This document shows positions 19,022 through 29,310 of a stretch of DNA of 64,000 nucleotides, piece after piece. The stretch covers positions 785 to 64,784 of IMG/VR virus record IMGVR_UViG_2513237094_000001. One strand, 5' to 3'. The notes beneath the pieces were generated by a model, which saw nothing but the letters and a program-made list of their open reading frames with translations, made no database searches and was not told where the DNA came from. How positions within the stretch are numbered: the first letter of the stretch is position 1; every line of letters begins with the position of its first letter. The position numbers and the translations under genes are program-made. This DNA is from a virus (lineage: Duplodnaviria; Caudoviricetes).

Positions 19022-22000
19022 GCCTGAAGTTTGCTCGCGATCTACCGGCGAAGCCGTTCAACACGACTCTGCCTCGGTTCGATCCGAGGTTTTGGACGGT
19101 CGACTTCAACAAGGAAATGCTCGCGACGATCATCCCTCTGACGGATGACACGTTCAAGGTCTTGGCGCAGTTCCGAAGCAATGCGGACTTCATCGGCGTC
19201 AAGTGGCAATCCGAAGATCGCTTCGACCACGACTATTTCAAGTACGCGACCGACAATGACTACACCAACACCATCCTCGCGTTTCGCCACAACCCGACGA
19301 ACCCCAATCAGTTCACCGCGACGATCCGCGACAGCTCTTTTGCGTGGACATACCGTCTGGTGCCCTACGCCTTGGTCGGCGGGGAATACGTTCCTTTGGA
19401 CCCGCTGTTCAACACGGGGCGCGCCTACCCCGCCAGCGTCATCAAGCCGGCGGCTGAGTGGACCGCCATTCCGGGCGGACTGGTGCCGTATCACGGGCGC
19501 ACCGACTACATCTTCATTCTCGATTTCGATGACCTGCGCATCCTTCATTTCTACAAAGGTCGGCAGATCGACGCGCGCGGCGTCTTGGAAATCTCCTTCG
19601 ACACGTTAATCGGCTCACACGGTCTCGGCGAAACGACCAATATCGAGTCAATCGTGCAGATCGGAACGAACCAAATTCAGCTCACGATGAGCAACGTCAG
19701 GATCGGCGCGAAGCTGGTACCCGGTGACAAGCTACAGGTCGTCTATAGGACCGCACTGCGCCTGGCTGGCCCGCACCAGGAAGAATACGAAGTTATCTCC
19801 TCGAGCGGATTCGGCACCGGGACGCTGACGGCCATCTGCAAGGGCAACGTGCTCGGCGGCTCCTTCCTGGTCGCCGACGCTTTCTACGGCCGCTTCTTGA
19901 AATCGATTTGCCCGGTTGCCCTACAGGACTACGAATTCTATTTCGCCGATCTCAATTGCGTCGGCAACCGCACCGCTGTCTTGAAGCTCAATCATCCGCA
20001 GCCAGCGCATTCGCTGATGATGACGAGCGGCTTCGACGACTCCTATTCGACGTCGGCCGAACGCCAAGTCGAGATGGTCCACGCGCTGGGCTATCGCGGC
20101 TTCTGGAACACCTACGTCGGCATGTCGCACTACTTCAACGCCCGAACAGTTTGGCTGGACAGCGAGACCGGCACTCACATCCCCGTGGGAAACGATACGG
20201 CGCACCAAATCCTGTTCGCTGGCAGCGTCGGCGCAGCGGCTCACTTCACGATCGGGAACGTCCCGAACCGCGGCATCGATCAATTCAAAACTGACCTCGG
20301 CGTCCACTACGGAATCCCGGGCGGTTTGTTCAGCGTCGTCAACGGGGCGGTCGCCAACTCGGTTGTCGATCGCGCGTGCGCTCCCGATCCGACCGACGCC
20401 GATGGTTGGTATTGGTGGGACATTGAAGCCGCCGTGCCGGGGCCCGCGCTCGTATATTGCGTGCTCAAGGCCGCCAAGAGCAACCTCACGGCTATTCTCT
20501 GGTCGGCCGGCGAGCTCGACGCAGCCGCGCTCGAGTCTCCCGCTGGTCGCGTCCCCGCCCCCAGCTATACCCGGCACGAGGCTTGTCTGCGGGCGATCTT
20601 CGCCTACATGCGGGCTCAATGGGGCGATCTCCCGATCATCATCCAAGACGTCGCCTGGGGCTGGACAGCGGCTAACCTGGCGGCCCCGAGCGGCCAGCCG
20701 ATCTATCTGGACGCGTCGGCCAATTCCTGGGGCGATATCGTCCTGACCTGGCTGTCGTTGCGGTTCAGCCCTGTCGGGCGGACCTATACCGTCGAGATCC
20801 TGCCAGCGGTCGGCGAGACCCCGGTGCGGACGATCGTGGTGCCGGGGACGCAGATCGACGGCGGCCTCATCTATGCCGATTACCCCGTCGAGCTCAACGT
20901 TGTCGATTGGGGCTTCCCTCCGAACTTCCTCCGGTGGCGCGTCCGCGACGACGTCGGCAACGTGTCCGCGGATTGGGCGAACTTCCCGCAGATCGACAAT
21001 GCCGCGATCGTCAAGCGCACGGTGCTGTTCGGCGGCCAGTCCAATGCGTTCGGACACTTCAGCGAGCTATCGGGCGCCACGAAGGCCGACTATTCGGCCG
21101 GGACCTTCCGCCGGCACCTGGCCGACCTGCTGGGCCTGCGCCACGTTCAGGTGATGCCGGTGAACGCGTCACTAGGCTCGTCGGCGATCGACCGCCAGGC
21201 CGACGACGATCCGGTGCACGGCGTCAACTACTGGTGGGACCTCGGCGACGCCAGCTACAATGTCGACGTCCCCGGTCCTCGCACGACAGCGCTGATCAAC
21301 ATCGTCAACGCCCTGGGCGTGCCGGTGGACGACCTGATTTGGTCCCAGGGCGAGAACGATGTCGGCGCGATGGACCCGATCGCCATGCCCCGCTATTCGA
21401 CGGTGCAACGGTTCACGGACGCGACCTCGCGCGTGTTCGCCGCGATCTCGACGGCTTGCGGCGATGCAAACCTGCCGATTTGGATTCAGACCATCGGCCG
21501 CGGCTGGTGGGGCGATACCCCTCCCCCGCAACCAAGCGAGGTCGCGGGCATCTATTACAAGGCCGCGCGCGATGTGCAGAAGGATCTTGCGGCCAACTCG
21601 CAGCAAATCCGGATCGGCTCGTGGCCGGCCGGTCTCGCGCGCAGCCAGAACTACATCAAGGAGACTGGCAACTTCGGTTGGATTCACTACAAGAGCGCGG
21701 TCTATCATGCCGCGGCCACCGAGCTTGCCGAGTCGATTTTTAACGACGTCGATCTCGTCAACTCGGCGCCGGCATGGACGAGCTACGCGTCACCGCTCAA
21801 CCTCCGTGTGACCAAGAGCGGCGCGACCGGCGATATTACGATCGCCTGGGACGATCCGAGCGGCTACGGTCGCACCTACGGCAGCAATTACGGGACGCTC
21901 AACGATAGCGGTTGGCGCGTCACGTCGCTCAACGTCGGTACCGGCGCAGTGGCTCGTGTTTGGACGACGAGCGGACGATCGCAGGCCTACACACTCGCCG

Positions 22001-22401
22001 AACAGACCGCCGACTACGGCTTTGGCGCGTCCTTCTGGTCGGGCAGTGTGCAGAGCTACGACGCGGTCAACGACATCCTCGGACCTGCGGCGAACTTCTC
22101 TGGTGCCGTCAGCGTGACCGGCGGACCGATGCCGACCGGGTTGTCCGCGACGCATTCGGGCAGCGACGTGATCTATGCGTGGAGCGGCACGCCTGGCGCG
22201 CAATGGCGCGTGCGCAACTACAACGTGGCGACGGGCACCATGTTCGCGGAGACCGTCGTTACTTCGATGTCCTACGACTTCACCGCAGCGATGCAGGTCG
22301 CCCAATACGGCTTTGCCGTGAGCTTCGTGCACTACAAGGTTTCGGAATTCGGCGCCGGTGAATGGGGCGCCGAAGCTGACTTTAGCGGGTCTGTGACGTG
22401 A
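19018..22401 (+). CDS. Large tail-associated protein: N-terminal domain of DUF2460-associated type, start of a TIM barrel, two SGNH-esterase-like domains, C-terminal Ig/FN3-like repeats
   Basis: RFDPRFWTVDF..WQSEDRFDH; SGFDDSY..LGYRG..YVGMSHYF; GGQSNA..WSQGEND..IHY. Confidence 0.7.
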   Translation: MSLKFARDLPAKPFNTTLPRFDPRFWTVDFNKEMLATIIPLTDDTFKVLAQFRSNADFIGVKWQSEDRFDHDYFKYATDNDYTNTILAFRHNPTNPNQFTATIRDSSFAWTYRLVPYALVGGEYVPLDPLFNTGRAYPASVIKPAAEWTAIPGGLVPYHGRTDYIFILDFDDLRILHFYKGRQIDARGVLEISFDTLIGSHGLGETTNIESIVQIGTNQIQLTMSNVRIGAKLVPGDKLQVVYRTALRLAGPHQEEYEVISSSGFGTGTLTAICKGNVLGGSFLVADAFYGRFLKSICPVALQDYEFYFADLNCVGNRTAVLKLNHPQPAHSLMMTSGFDDSYSTSAERQVEMVHALGYRGFWNTYVGMSHYFNARTVWLDSETGTHIPVGNDTAHQILFAGSVGAAAHFTIGNVPNRGIDQFKTDLGVHYGIPGGLFSVVNGAVANSVVDRACAPDPTDADGWYWWDIEAAVPGPALVYCVLKAAKSNLTAILWSAGELDAAALESPAGRVPAPSYTRHEACLRAIFAYMRAQWGDLPIIIQDVAWGWTAANLAAPSGQPIYLDASANSWGDIVLTWLSLRFSPVGRTYTVEILPAVGETPVRTIVVPGTQIDGGLIYADYPVELNVVDWGFPPNFLRWRVRDDVGNVSADWANFPQIDNAAIVKRTVLFGGQSNAFGHFSELSGATKADYSAGTFRRHLADLLGLRHVQVMPVNASLGSSAIDRQADDDPVHGVNYWWDLGDASYNVDVPGPRTTALINIVNALGVPVDDLIWSQGENDVGAMDPIAMPRYSTVQRFTDATSRVFAAISTACGDANLPIWIQTIGRGWWGDTPPPQPSEVAGIYYKAARDVQKDLAANSQQIRIGSWPAGLARSQNYIKETGNFGWIHYKSAVYHAAATELAESIFNDVDLVNSAPAWTSYASPLNLRVTKSGATGDITIAWDDPSGYGRTYGSNYGTLNDSGWRVTSLNVGTGAVARVWTTSGRSQAYTLAEQTADYGFGASFWSGSVQSYDAVNDILGPAANFSGAVSVTGGPMPTGLSATHSGSDVIYAWSGTPGAQWRVRNYNVATGTMFAETVVTSMSYDFTAAMQVAQYGFAVSFVHYKVSEFGAGEWGAEADFSGSVT

Positions 22402-24866
22402 AGTACCCGTTCGACCCCGCTACGCTCGTCACGCCCGGCGCGGCACCTGATCCCGAGTCGTCGTCTGTGCAGCAGCGTATTCGGATGCGAGAAATCGCGG
22501 CGACGATCGCGAGCGACACCGCGGATGTCATTGTCGGAGCTCATGTCGCCGACTATCCGATCACCGCCTACTTCCTTGACGCCAACGGGGATTTCACGGC
22601 GTTCAATGCTGACACCAACCGGCTGATCGGTAGCGACCTGGCGGTGGGCTACGAAGCCGAGGTCTTGACGCTGCCGCCCACCCTCATGCTGGATATCGAC
22701 AACCCCGATCGCTACACGATCCTGGGTGAGCTCTATCCTGCGGCCGACGCTGATGCCGTCACCTCGCCGCCGGTCAACGCCGCGACCATGGCATGGTTCA
22801 ACGCGTTCTTCGCGAAGCTCAATGAGCTCGGCTACGACTACATCAACTCGGTGTCGTACGAGATCATCGATTTCTATATGCCGCCCGAGTGGAAGCAGCG
22901 CGACTATCTCGGGCGCCCGGGGCTTTCCGGCTGGGTGCCGCCCTCGAGCTTCATCACGCCGAGCAACCCCGAGCCGCTCAACTACATGGTCGAGGTTCAG
23001 AGGCAGTTTCTGACCGCGGCCGTGGCAGCCGGTCATTCACCGCGCTTCCAGATCGGCGAGCCGTGGTGGTGGGATGGCGCCTATTCCAACGGCGCCCCCT
23101 GTCTCTACGACGACTTCACGCGCGCGCTGTACGCGACCGAGACCGGCCATACGGTCCCGACGCCTTGGATCGAGAGCATCTATCAGCCGGTGTCCCCCGA
23201 TCAGGTGCCGTACCTGACTTGGCTTCGCGACAAGCTCGGCGCGAGCACATCCTACATCCGCGACCACGTAAAGGCCGCTTTCCCGACCGCCGAAGCAACG
23301 CTGCTGTTCTTCACGCCGCAGGTGCTCAACCTCAGTTCGGAAGTGACGAACCTGGTCAACTTCCCAATCAACGACTGGAAATACCCAGCCTACGAATTCA
23401 TGCAGATCGAAGATTACGACTGGATCATCGCCTCGCGCCTGGATCTGGTACCGCTGACCTTCGACGCTGCGCGCAACATCCTGCTCTATCCGCAATCGGT
23501 GGTGCACTACTTCGCCGGCTTCGTGCTCAACGCTCAAGACTATGAAATCTGGAAGTGGGCCGAGACCGCAATTCGAATGGCCCAGGAGGCCGACATGGCT
23601 TACATCTACGTTTGGTCTTACACCCAGGCGATCCGCGACAGCATCCTCTATGACGATCTGCCGCCCGAACCGCTGAACGTTCCGATCCTGAACCTGCCGC
23701 CGAATTGGAGCGACACCTACAACGTGATCCTCGAATTCAAGACGGAGATCATCACCAGTAGGTCGGGTAAAGAACAGCGCCGCGCTCTGCGTCGCACGCC
23801 GCGGAAGTCCCTCGAATATAGCATCGTGCTCAACGGTGCCGCGGCGCGCCAGTTCAACGCCGCGCTGTCGGCCTGGCAGGCCGGCAACTTCTTCACGCCC
23901 GAGCTCACTCGCAGCTGCACCAGCACAGCGGCAATGGCCGACACCGGCTTGGTCATGAGCGTGGATGCGCTGCCCGGCTGGATGCAGCTGGGAACCGCGA
24001 TCATCATCAAATCCGGCGACGAGCTCGACGGTCGGATCGTCGATCAGATTGCGGGCAACGTCATCACGTTTACGACCGCCAACGCGGCCGGGGACACGCG
24101 CGCCTGGCCGGTCGGTACCGTCGTCTATCCTGCTCTGTTTGGCCGCCTGGTGTCCCCGATGTCGACGCGCCGGCAGACCAGCAACGCGACCGAGGCGACG
24201 GTGCGGTTCGACGTCGCGCCGGCTTCGGAGCCGCCGCTGCTCAATCCCCCGGTGGCCGAGCAGACATTCAACGGCGTGGAGGTGCTGACCGTTCGTCCGA
24301 ATTGGGCGAAGCCGCTGGACGTGGAGCGACGCTTCGACTCGGAAACAATCGACTACGGTTGGGGAAAGACCCAGAACTTTTTCCCGACCGATTTCTCACA
24401 GCGTCTCATGAAGGCTACGTTCCTCGGCAAAAGCCGCGCGGATGCCGAGAAAGTGGTCGCTACCTTTATTCGCATGAAGGGGCAGCGCGGCGTCTTCTAC
24501 ATGCCGACCTACGAACGGGACATGGAAATTTCCCCGCTGGCGGCGCCCGGGGTCAATCTGCGACTCAGCGGCACGGAAATCGCCGACTGGCTTTCCGACG
24601 ACACGGTCTATCGAAACATCGCAATCATCACGCGCGACAAGCAGATTCACTGCTACAGCATCGCGGCTGTTGCCAAGATCACCACGATCGATACTCTGCT
24701 GACTCTCTCGACTGCGGTGACGTCCGATATTCTTGCCAACGCGGCGATTGCCTGCTGGCTGCCGCTGTGCCGCTTCGCTTCCGACGAGCTGACGATTGCC
24801 TGGGCCACTGACGGCGTCGCGCAATTCGACCTGTCCATCAAGAGCATGCAAAACAACGAGACCTGA
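22398..24866 (+). CDS. Tail protein: remainder of TIM-barrel domain fused to a distal-tail-like domain
   Basis: SVSYE..WKQRD..SGWVPPS..FQIGEPWWW..QIEDYDW, then PNWS..TEIITSRSGKEQRRALRRTPR; GTGA overlap with the previous gene. Confidence 0.7.
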   Translation: MKYPFDPATLVTPGAAPDPESSSVQQRIRMREIAATIASDTADVIVGAHVADYPITAYFLDANGDFTAFNADTNRLIGSDLAVGYEAEVLTLPPTLMLDIDNPDRYTILGELYPAADADAVTSPPVNAATMAWFNAFFAKLNELGYDYINSVSYEIIDFYMPPEWKQRDYLGRPGLSGWVPPSSFITPSNPEPLNYMVEVQRQFLTAAVAAGHSPRFQIGEPWWWDGAYSNGAPCLYDDFTRALYATETGHTVPTPWIESIYQPVSPDQVPYLTWLRDKLGASTSYIRDHVKAAFPTAEATLLFFTPQVLNLSSEVTNLVNFPINDWKYPAYEFMQIEDYDWIIASRLDLVPLTFDAARNILLYPQSVVHYFAGFVLNAQDYEIWKWAETAIRMAQEADMAYIYVWSYTQAIRDSILYDDLPPEPLNVPILNLPPNWSDTYNVILEFKTEIITSRSGKEQRRALRRTPRKSLEYSIVLNGAAARQFNAALSAWQAGNFFTPELTRSCTSTAAMADTGLVMSVDALPGWMQLGTAIIIKSGDELDGRIVDQIAGNVITFTTANAAGDTRAWPVGTVVYPALFGRLVSPMSTRRQTSNATEATVRFDVAPASEPPLLNPPVAEQTFNGVEVLTVRPNWAKPLDVERRFDSETIDYGWGKTQNFFPTDFSQRLMKATFLGKSRADAEKVVATFIRMKGQRGVFYMPTYERDMEISPLAAPGVNLRLSGTEIADWLSDDTVYRNIAIITRDKQIHCYSIAAVAKITTIDTLLTLSTAVTSDILANAAIACWLPLCRFASDELTIAWATDGVAQFDLSIKSMQNNET

Positions 24867-24868
24867 TC

Positions 24869-25699
24869 ATGGCGTTTGACGAATACGAGGACAGTCGCCA
24901 CGACGGCGAACCCATCAACCTCTACAAGTTCATCTTCGGCGACGCGCCGGAAGACAAGCTCGGCTACACCGACGCCGAGACCGTCCGCGTGTTCGACAGC
25001 CTGAGCTATAAGCCGGTGGCCGTCTCGCGCGACAACATCAATTCGAACGGCACGCTCGACAAGGCGACGTTGACGCTGCGAATGCAGGGCGATATCGAGA
25101 TGGCGGATCTGTTTCGCGTCTATCCGCCGAGCTACGTCATCGGTCTCGTCATCTATCAAGGGCACGCCGACGACCCATCGAACGAGTTTCTCGCGATCTG
25201 GTCGGGGCGCGTTCTCAACTGCGCGACGGCCGACAGCCAGGTCACGTTTACCGCGGAGCCGACGACCACCGCCATGAAGCGAACGGTGCTACGTCGCAAC
25301 TATCAACGCGGCTGCGGGCACGCCCTGTACGGATCGCAGTGCAAGGCGCCGAAGGTGCTGATCGACAAGACGGTCACCGCGATCTACACGCGGAACACCA
25401 TCACCGTGACGCCGTGGACCGAGAACGTGCAAGAGTTCATCGGCGGCACCGTCGAGTGGACGTCGACCAAGGGACGTCGCGAGATTGTCACCATTCGCGC
25501 GGGGGACAATTCCGGTAATATCCAGCTTTTCGGCACCCCTTCCGAGCTAACCGTCGGCGACGTCATTCGTTTTGCCCGCGGCTGCGACCACACGATGGGG
25601 GCCTTGGGCTGCAATCTGCACGCCAACATCAACAATTTCGGCGGCCAGCCATGGATACCCTTCAAAAATCCCGTTGGCTTCAACTCGCCTTTCAGCTAA
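24869..25699 (+). CDS. Tail hub protein (DUF2163/BR0599-like)
   Basis: RRNYQRGCGHALYGSQC..RGCDHT..C..NINNFGGQPWIP Cys pattern. Confidence 0.85.
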   Translation: MAFDEYEDSRHDGEPINLYKFIFGDAPEDKLGYTDAETVRVFDSLSYKPVAVSRDNINSNGTLDKATLTLRMQGDIEMADLFRVYPPSYVIGLVIYQGHADDPSNEFLAIWSGRVLNCATADSQVTFTAEPTTTAMKRTVLRRNYQRGCGHALYGSQCKAPKVLIDKTVTAIYTRNTITVTPWTENVQEFIGGTVEWTSTKGRREIVTIRAGDNSGNIQLFGTPSELTVGDVIRFARGCDHTMGALGCNLHANINNFGGQPWIPFKNPVGFNSPFS

Positions 25700-25702
25700 A
25701 TC

Positions 25703-25717
25703 TCAACCATTAGGTGA
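25703..25717. promoter_or_regulatory. Putative phage operator
   Basis: TCAACCATTAGGTGA, identical to 29276-29290. Confidence 0.65.
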
Positions 25718-25736
25718 TTTTCCCGGAGATCGCGAC

Positions 25737-25973
25737 GTGGGTATCGAGACGCTTGTCGGCCAACTTGTCATCGGCCTCGCCCTGGCCGCGCTGTCCTACG
25801 TTCTCACGCCGAAGCCGCAACAAGAGAAGCCGCCGGCCGCGATGGACCTTGAAGCCCCGACGGCCGAGGCCGGGCGAACGATCCCTGTCGTGTTCGGTAC
25901 CATGCGGGTCAAAGGGCTCAACGTCCTCTGGTACGGCGACATTCAAACCTACGAGTATGACACCGAAGCATGA
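25737..25973 (+). CDS. Small tail-tip protein
   Basis: GGAG RBS, GTG start; PTAEAGRTIPVVFGT..NVLWYGD motif. Confidence 0.8.
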   Translation: MGIETLVGQLVIGLALAALSYVLTPKPQQEKPPAAMDLEAPTAEAGRTIPVVFGTMRVKGLNVLWYGDIQTYEYDTEA

Positions 25974-26206
25974 GCGACATCGAACCCCAGCTCGAGCCCG
26001 CCGATGACGAAGGGCTCATCACGGCAAACGACGCCATCATGGCGGGCCATTGCGCGACCGGTGTCTATCGGTGGTTCAAGGAGCACGGCTTCGACGCTCG
26101 CAAGGCGATGCGCGAGGGCGTTAAGCTTTCGGAAGTTCGCGCGGTCAATGACGCCTTCGGCAACCAGGTGATCGAAAGAACCCTCGCCCGCCGCGGGGGC
26201 AACTGA
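25970..26206 (+). CDS. Small tail-tip accessory protein
   Basis: GHCATGVYRWFKEHGFD..EG motif; coupled to neighbours. Confidence 0.7.
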   Translation: MSDIEPQLEPADDEGLITANDAIMAGHCATGVYRWFKEHGFDARKAMREGVKLSEVRAVNDAFGNQVIERTLARRGGN

Positions 26207-28548
26207 TGGGCGGCATTTTCGGCGGCGGGAGTACCTCGCAAACTCACGTCGCCAAATACTTCATCTCGCTCCATTACGGCATCTGCACGGGCCCGGTGGA
26301 CTCCATCAACAAGATGGTGATCGACGACAAGATCGTCGATTGGGGCGGCTTCGTCGTCAACGCGAATTCGAGCACGGTCATCAATCAGACCGAGCTTTTC
26401 GGCGGCGAGAAGAAGCAAGGCGGTTTGCAGGGCATTTTCGACTTCATGCTCGGCGGACCTACGCAGCAGCTGACTGCCGGCGCCGCCGGCAAACTCGGCG
26501 GCACGCCCGACACCCTGCCCGGCTTCCGCGGCATCGCCTCGATCTTCGCGCGCGGCAACCAGGGCGCGTTCGGCACCGGCACGCCCGGCTTCTATTGGAC
26601 CGCGAACAATCCCTATCTGTCGCCGCCATCCGTCGAGGTCACGCGCGTTCCGGTGGGGCCCAACGGCAAGGCCGCCCTGGACGGTGACCAAGCGAATTTC
26701 GCCGACATCATCTGGGAATGCCTCACCGACACGGATTGGGGCTTGGGCTCCCCGGAAGGCCTGCTCGATCGCGATTCCTTCAAGGCGGCAGCGACCACGT
26801 TGGGCGGGGAGAACTTCTGGGGTTCGATGATGTGGACCCGCCAGGACGTGGTCGAGAAGTTCATCAACGAAGTCATCGATCACATCCAAGCGACGCTGTT
26901 CGCCCACCCTCGAACCGGGCTGCTGACGATCCGCCTGTTGCGCGACGACTACGATCGCGACGCCTTGCCGGTCTTCACGCCCGACAACTGCAAGATCACG
27001 AAGTTCCAGCGCAAGGTCTGGGGCGAGACGGCAAACGAAGTCATCGTCTCATGGACCAACCCCGAGAGTGAGGAATCGGAGTCGGTCGTCGTTCACAACA
27101 ACGCGAATATCTCGATTCAAGGCAGTGTCGTCAGCACCAGCAAAAACTACTACGGCGTTCGCAATGCCGATCTTGCTGCGCGGCTCGCCCTGCGGGATCT
27201 CACGCAGGTCTCCGAACCTTTCCTGGCGCTGAACATCGAAGCCAATCGAACCGCGTGGACGCTCGTTCCGGGCGACATGTGCAAGATCCAATATCCCGAG
27301 CACGGCATCGGCGAAGCCTACATGCGCGTCGGCACCGTCGATTACGGCAAGCCCGGTGCCTCGATCGTCAAGGCCGCCCTGGTCGAGGACATCTTTTCGT
27401 TCGGCACCTCGATCTTCGTGCCTGTTGGCGAGAGCCTGCCGCCGACCATTCCCGTGCCACCGACCATTCCCGATCCCGATCCGCCATTGCCTCCGGACGT
27501 GCCCTGGGTCGATCCCGCCACCGTGCCGACCGCGCTCGATCATCTGTTGATCCGCGATGTCCCCTTCTTCGTGCTCGCCCGCGCGATCGGCGACGCTGCG
27601 GTCCAATCGATCGAATATCCGTCGACTGGCAACATGATCCTCGCCGCAGAGGATTCGACGAACGTTTCGGCAATCGGCTATTGGACCCAGATTTACGGTC
27701 CCACCGGCGAGGCCTCGCTTCAACACGTCGGGTTCCTCAACAACCGCAAGCGCGCGCTCCTCACCGCCCCGCTGGCAGCCGCCGGCACCTCGACACTTGC
27801 ATTCTCATCGCCCTACGGATCGCCGATCGACGTCGGCAGCATCATGGAGTTCGTCAGCGTCAGCAACCCGAACGTCTTCGAAATGGCCGCGGTGGCTGTC
27901 GACAACGGCGACGGCACTTACCAGCTGACGCGCGGCATTCTCGACACCACGCCGCTTCGCTGGAAGATCGGAGACGTCGTCTGGAACTATCCGGCGAACA
28001 GCTCACCCATCGATCCGACCGGCCGAACCGACAACGTTGATGCGATCTACAAATTCACGCCGCGCACGTCGAAGGGCATGTACTCCGTCAGCTCTGCGGC
28101 GCTGATCACGCAAACCGCGCACGATCGCATGCATCTGCCGTATCGCCCTGCGAACGTGAAATTCAACGGCGACCTGTACAGCCAGCAGATCGTTGGCACG
28201 AGCGACATCGTCGTGACCTGGTCGCGCCGCAATCGGTTGACCGAGAGCTCGCAGATCCTCGCGTGGACTGACGCCGACACGACTCCCGAGACCGGGCAGA
28301 CGACCGTCATCGAGATTTTGGATGGCAGCGGAACGGTCTCAGCGACCCATTCGGGGCTGACCGGCACGACCTACACGGTGCTCGCGTCCGAAATCGCAAC
28401 GGCGGCCGGCACCGGCGGCAAAGCCTTCATTCGCGTCAAGTCGGTCCGCGATGGCTTCGAAAGCCTCAACCCCGTCACCCGCAAGGTCACGACGATCGGT
28501 CTCGGTGGCTACGGTCTCAACTACGGCAAGGATTACGGAGCAGTCTAA
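26206..28548 (+). CDS. Tail tip / host-specificity protein (gpJ-like)
   Basis: YFISLHYGIC.GPVD, ADIIWECLTDTDWGLG, ANEVIVSWTNP motifs. Confidence 0.85.
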   Translation: MGGIFGGGSTSQTHVAKYFISLHYGICTGPVDSINKMVIDDKIVDWGGFVVNANSSTVINQTELFGGEKKQGGLQGIFDFMLGGPTQQLTAGAAGKLGGTPDTLPGFRGIASIFARGNQGAFGTGTPGFYWTANNPYLSPPSVEVTRVPVGPNGKAALDGDQANFADIIWECLTDTDWGLGSPEGLLDRDSFKAAATTLGGENFWGSMMWTRQDVVEKFINEVIDHIQATLFAHPRTGLLTIRLLRDDYDRDALPVFTPDNCKITKFQRKVWGETANEVIVSWTNPESEESESVVVHNNANISIQGSVVSTSKNYYGVRNADLAARLALRDLTQVSEPFLALNIEANRTAWTLVPGDMCKIQYPEHGIGEAYMRVGTVDYGKPGASIVKAALVEDIFSFGTSIFVPVGESLPPTIPVPPTIPDPDPPLPPDVPWVDPATVPTALDHLLIRDVPFFVLARAIGDAAVQSIEYPSTGNMILAAEDSTNVSAIGYWTQIYGPTGEASLQHVGFLNNRKRALLTAPLAAAGTSTLAFSSPYGSPIDVGSIMEFVSVSNPNVFEMAAVAVDNGDGTYQLTRGILDTTPLRWKIGDVVWNYPANSSPIDPTGRTDNVDAIYKFTPRTSKGMYSVSSAALITQTAHDRMHLPYRPANVKFNGDLYSQQIVGTSDIVVTWSRRNRLTESSQILAWTDADTTPETGQTTVIEILDGSGTVSATHSGLTGTTYTVLASEIATAAGTGGKAFIRVKSVRDGFESLNPVTRKVTTIGLGGYGLNYGKDYGAV

Positions 28549-29267
28549 TGTCATCGCGCGCACTACCAGGTCTCGGACTGAAAGGCTTTTGGGGTTCCGG
28601 CTTCGATGGCTGGGACGGTGAGATGGACACCAACCTGCTGACGTTGTCCGTCCTCATGAACGGCATCGTCAAATCGGCGACGACCACCCTGCCCGGCTCC
28701 CCGACGAACGGCGACATCTACATCGTCAAGGTCGGCGATACGAACGCGGGCAAGATCGCGGTGCGCGACAACGGGGCGTGGGTCTATTTGACCCCGGTCC
28801 GCGGCTGGCGGCTCTGGGTCGACGACGCCTTGCAGTATCGGACCTATGACGGTGCCGTCTGGATAATCGAGAACGAGCTGCTCTCGGCATCGGTGGTTTC
28901 CGGCTCGGCGGTCGCCCTGACGACGAACACGGCGGCGAACGCCATGAGCATCGCGAATGTCCCGAAAGGCGATTGGGACGTCTCGATCAACGCCGCCTTC
29001 TTGCCTGCCAGCGCGACGTCGGTCACGGAACTGCTCGCCTCGATCTCCGTGACCTCCGCGACACTCGATACCACGCCTGGCCGCTTCAACAGCCAGCCGA
29101 TGGCCCCCTTTGTGCCGGGCGCCAATTCCATGAGCCTGATCATCCCGTCCTACCGGCTCACGCTGGCTTCGATGAGCGCGATCTACTTTGTCGCGAGGGG
29201 CAAATTCACCGTGAACACCCTCGGGGTCTACGGCGTCTTGACTGCGCGTCGCGCCAAATTGGGCTAG
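28548..29267 (+). CDS. DUF2793-family tail-associated protein
   Basis: TLPGSPTNGDIYIV..AVRDNGAWVYLTPVRGWRLWV. Confidence 0.8.
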   Translation: MSSRALPGLGLKGFWGSGFDGWDGEMDTNLLTLSVLMNGIVKSATTTLPGSPTNGDIYIVKVGDTNAGKIAVRDNGAWVYLTPVRGWRLWVDDALQYRTYDGAVWIIENELLSASVVSGSAVALTTNTAANAMSIANVPKGDWDVSINAAFLPASATSVTELLASISVTSATLDTTPGRFNSQPMAPFVPGANSMSLIIPSYRLTLASMSAIYFVARGKFTVNTLGVYGVLTARRAKLG

Positions 29268-29275
29268 GGTCAATA

Positions 29276-29290
29276 TCAACCATTAGGTGA
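29276..29290. promoter_or_regulatory. Putative phage operator before the lysis genes
   Basis: TCAACCATTAGGTGA. Confidence 0.65.
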
Positions 29291-29310
29291 TTCGTCAGGA
29301 GACCACGCAA

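Noticed and set aside
19018-29267. Diversity-generating retroelement or invertible tail cassette
   Set aside because: No reverse transcriptase or invertase, and no TR/VR pair or inverted crossover sites noticed
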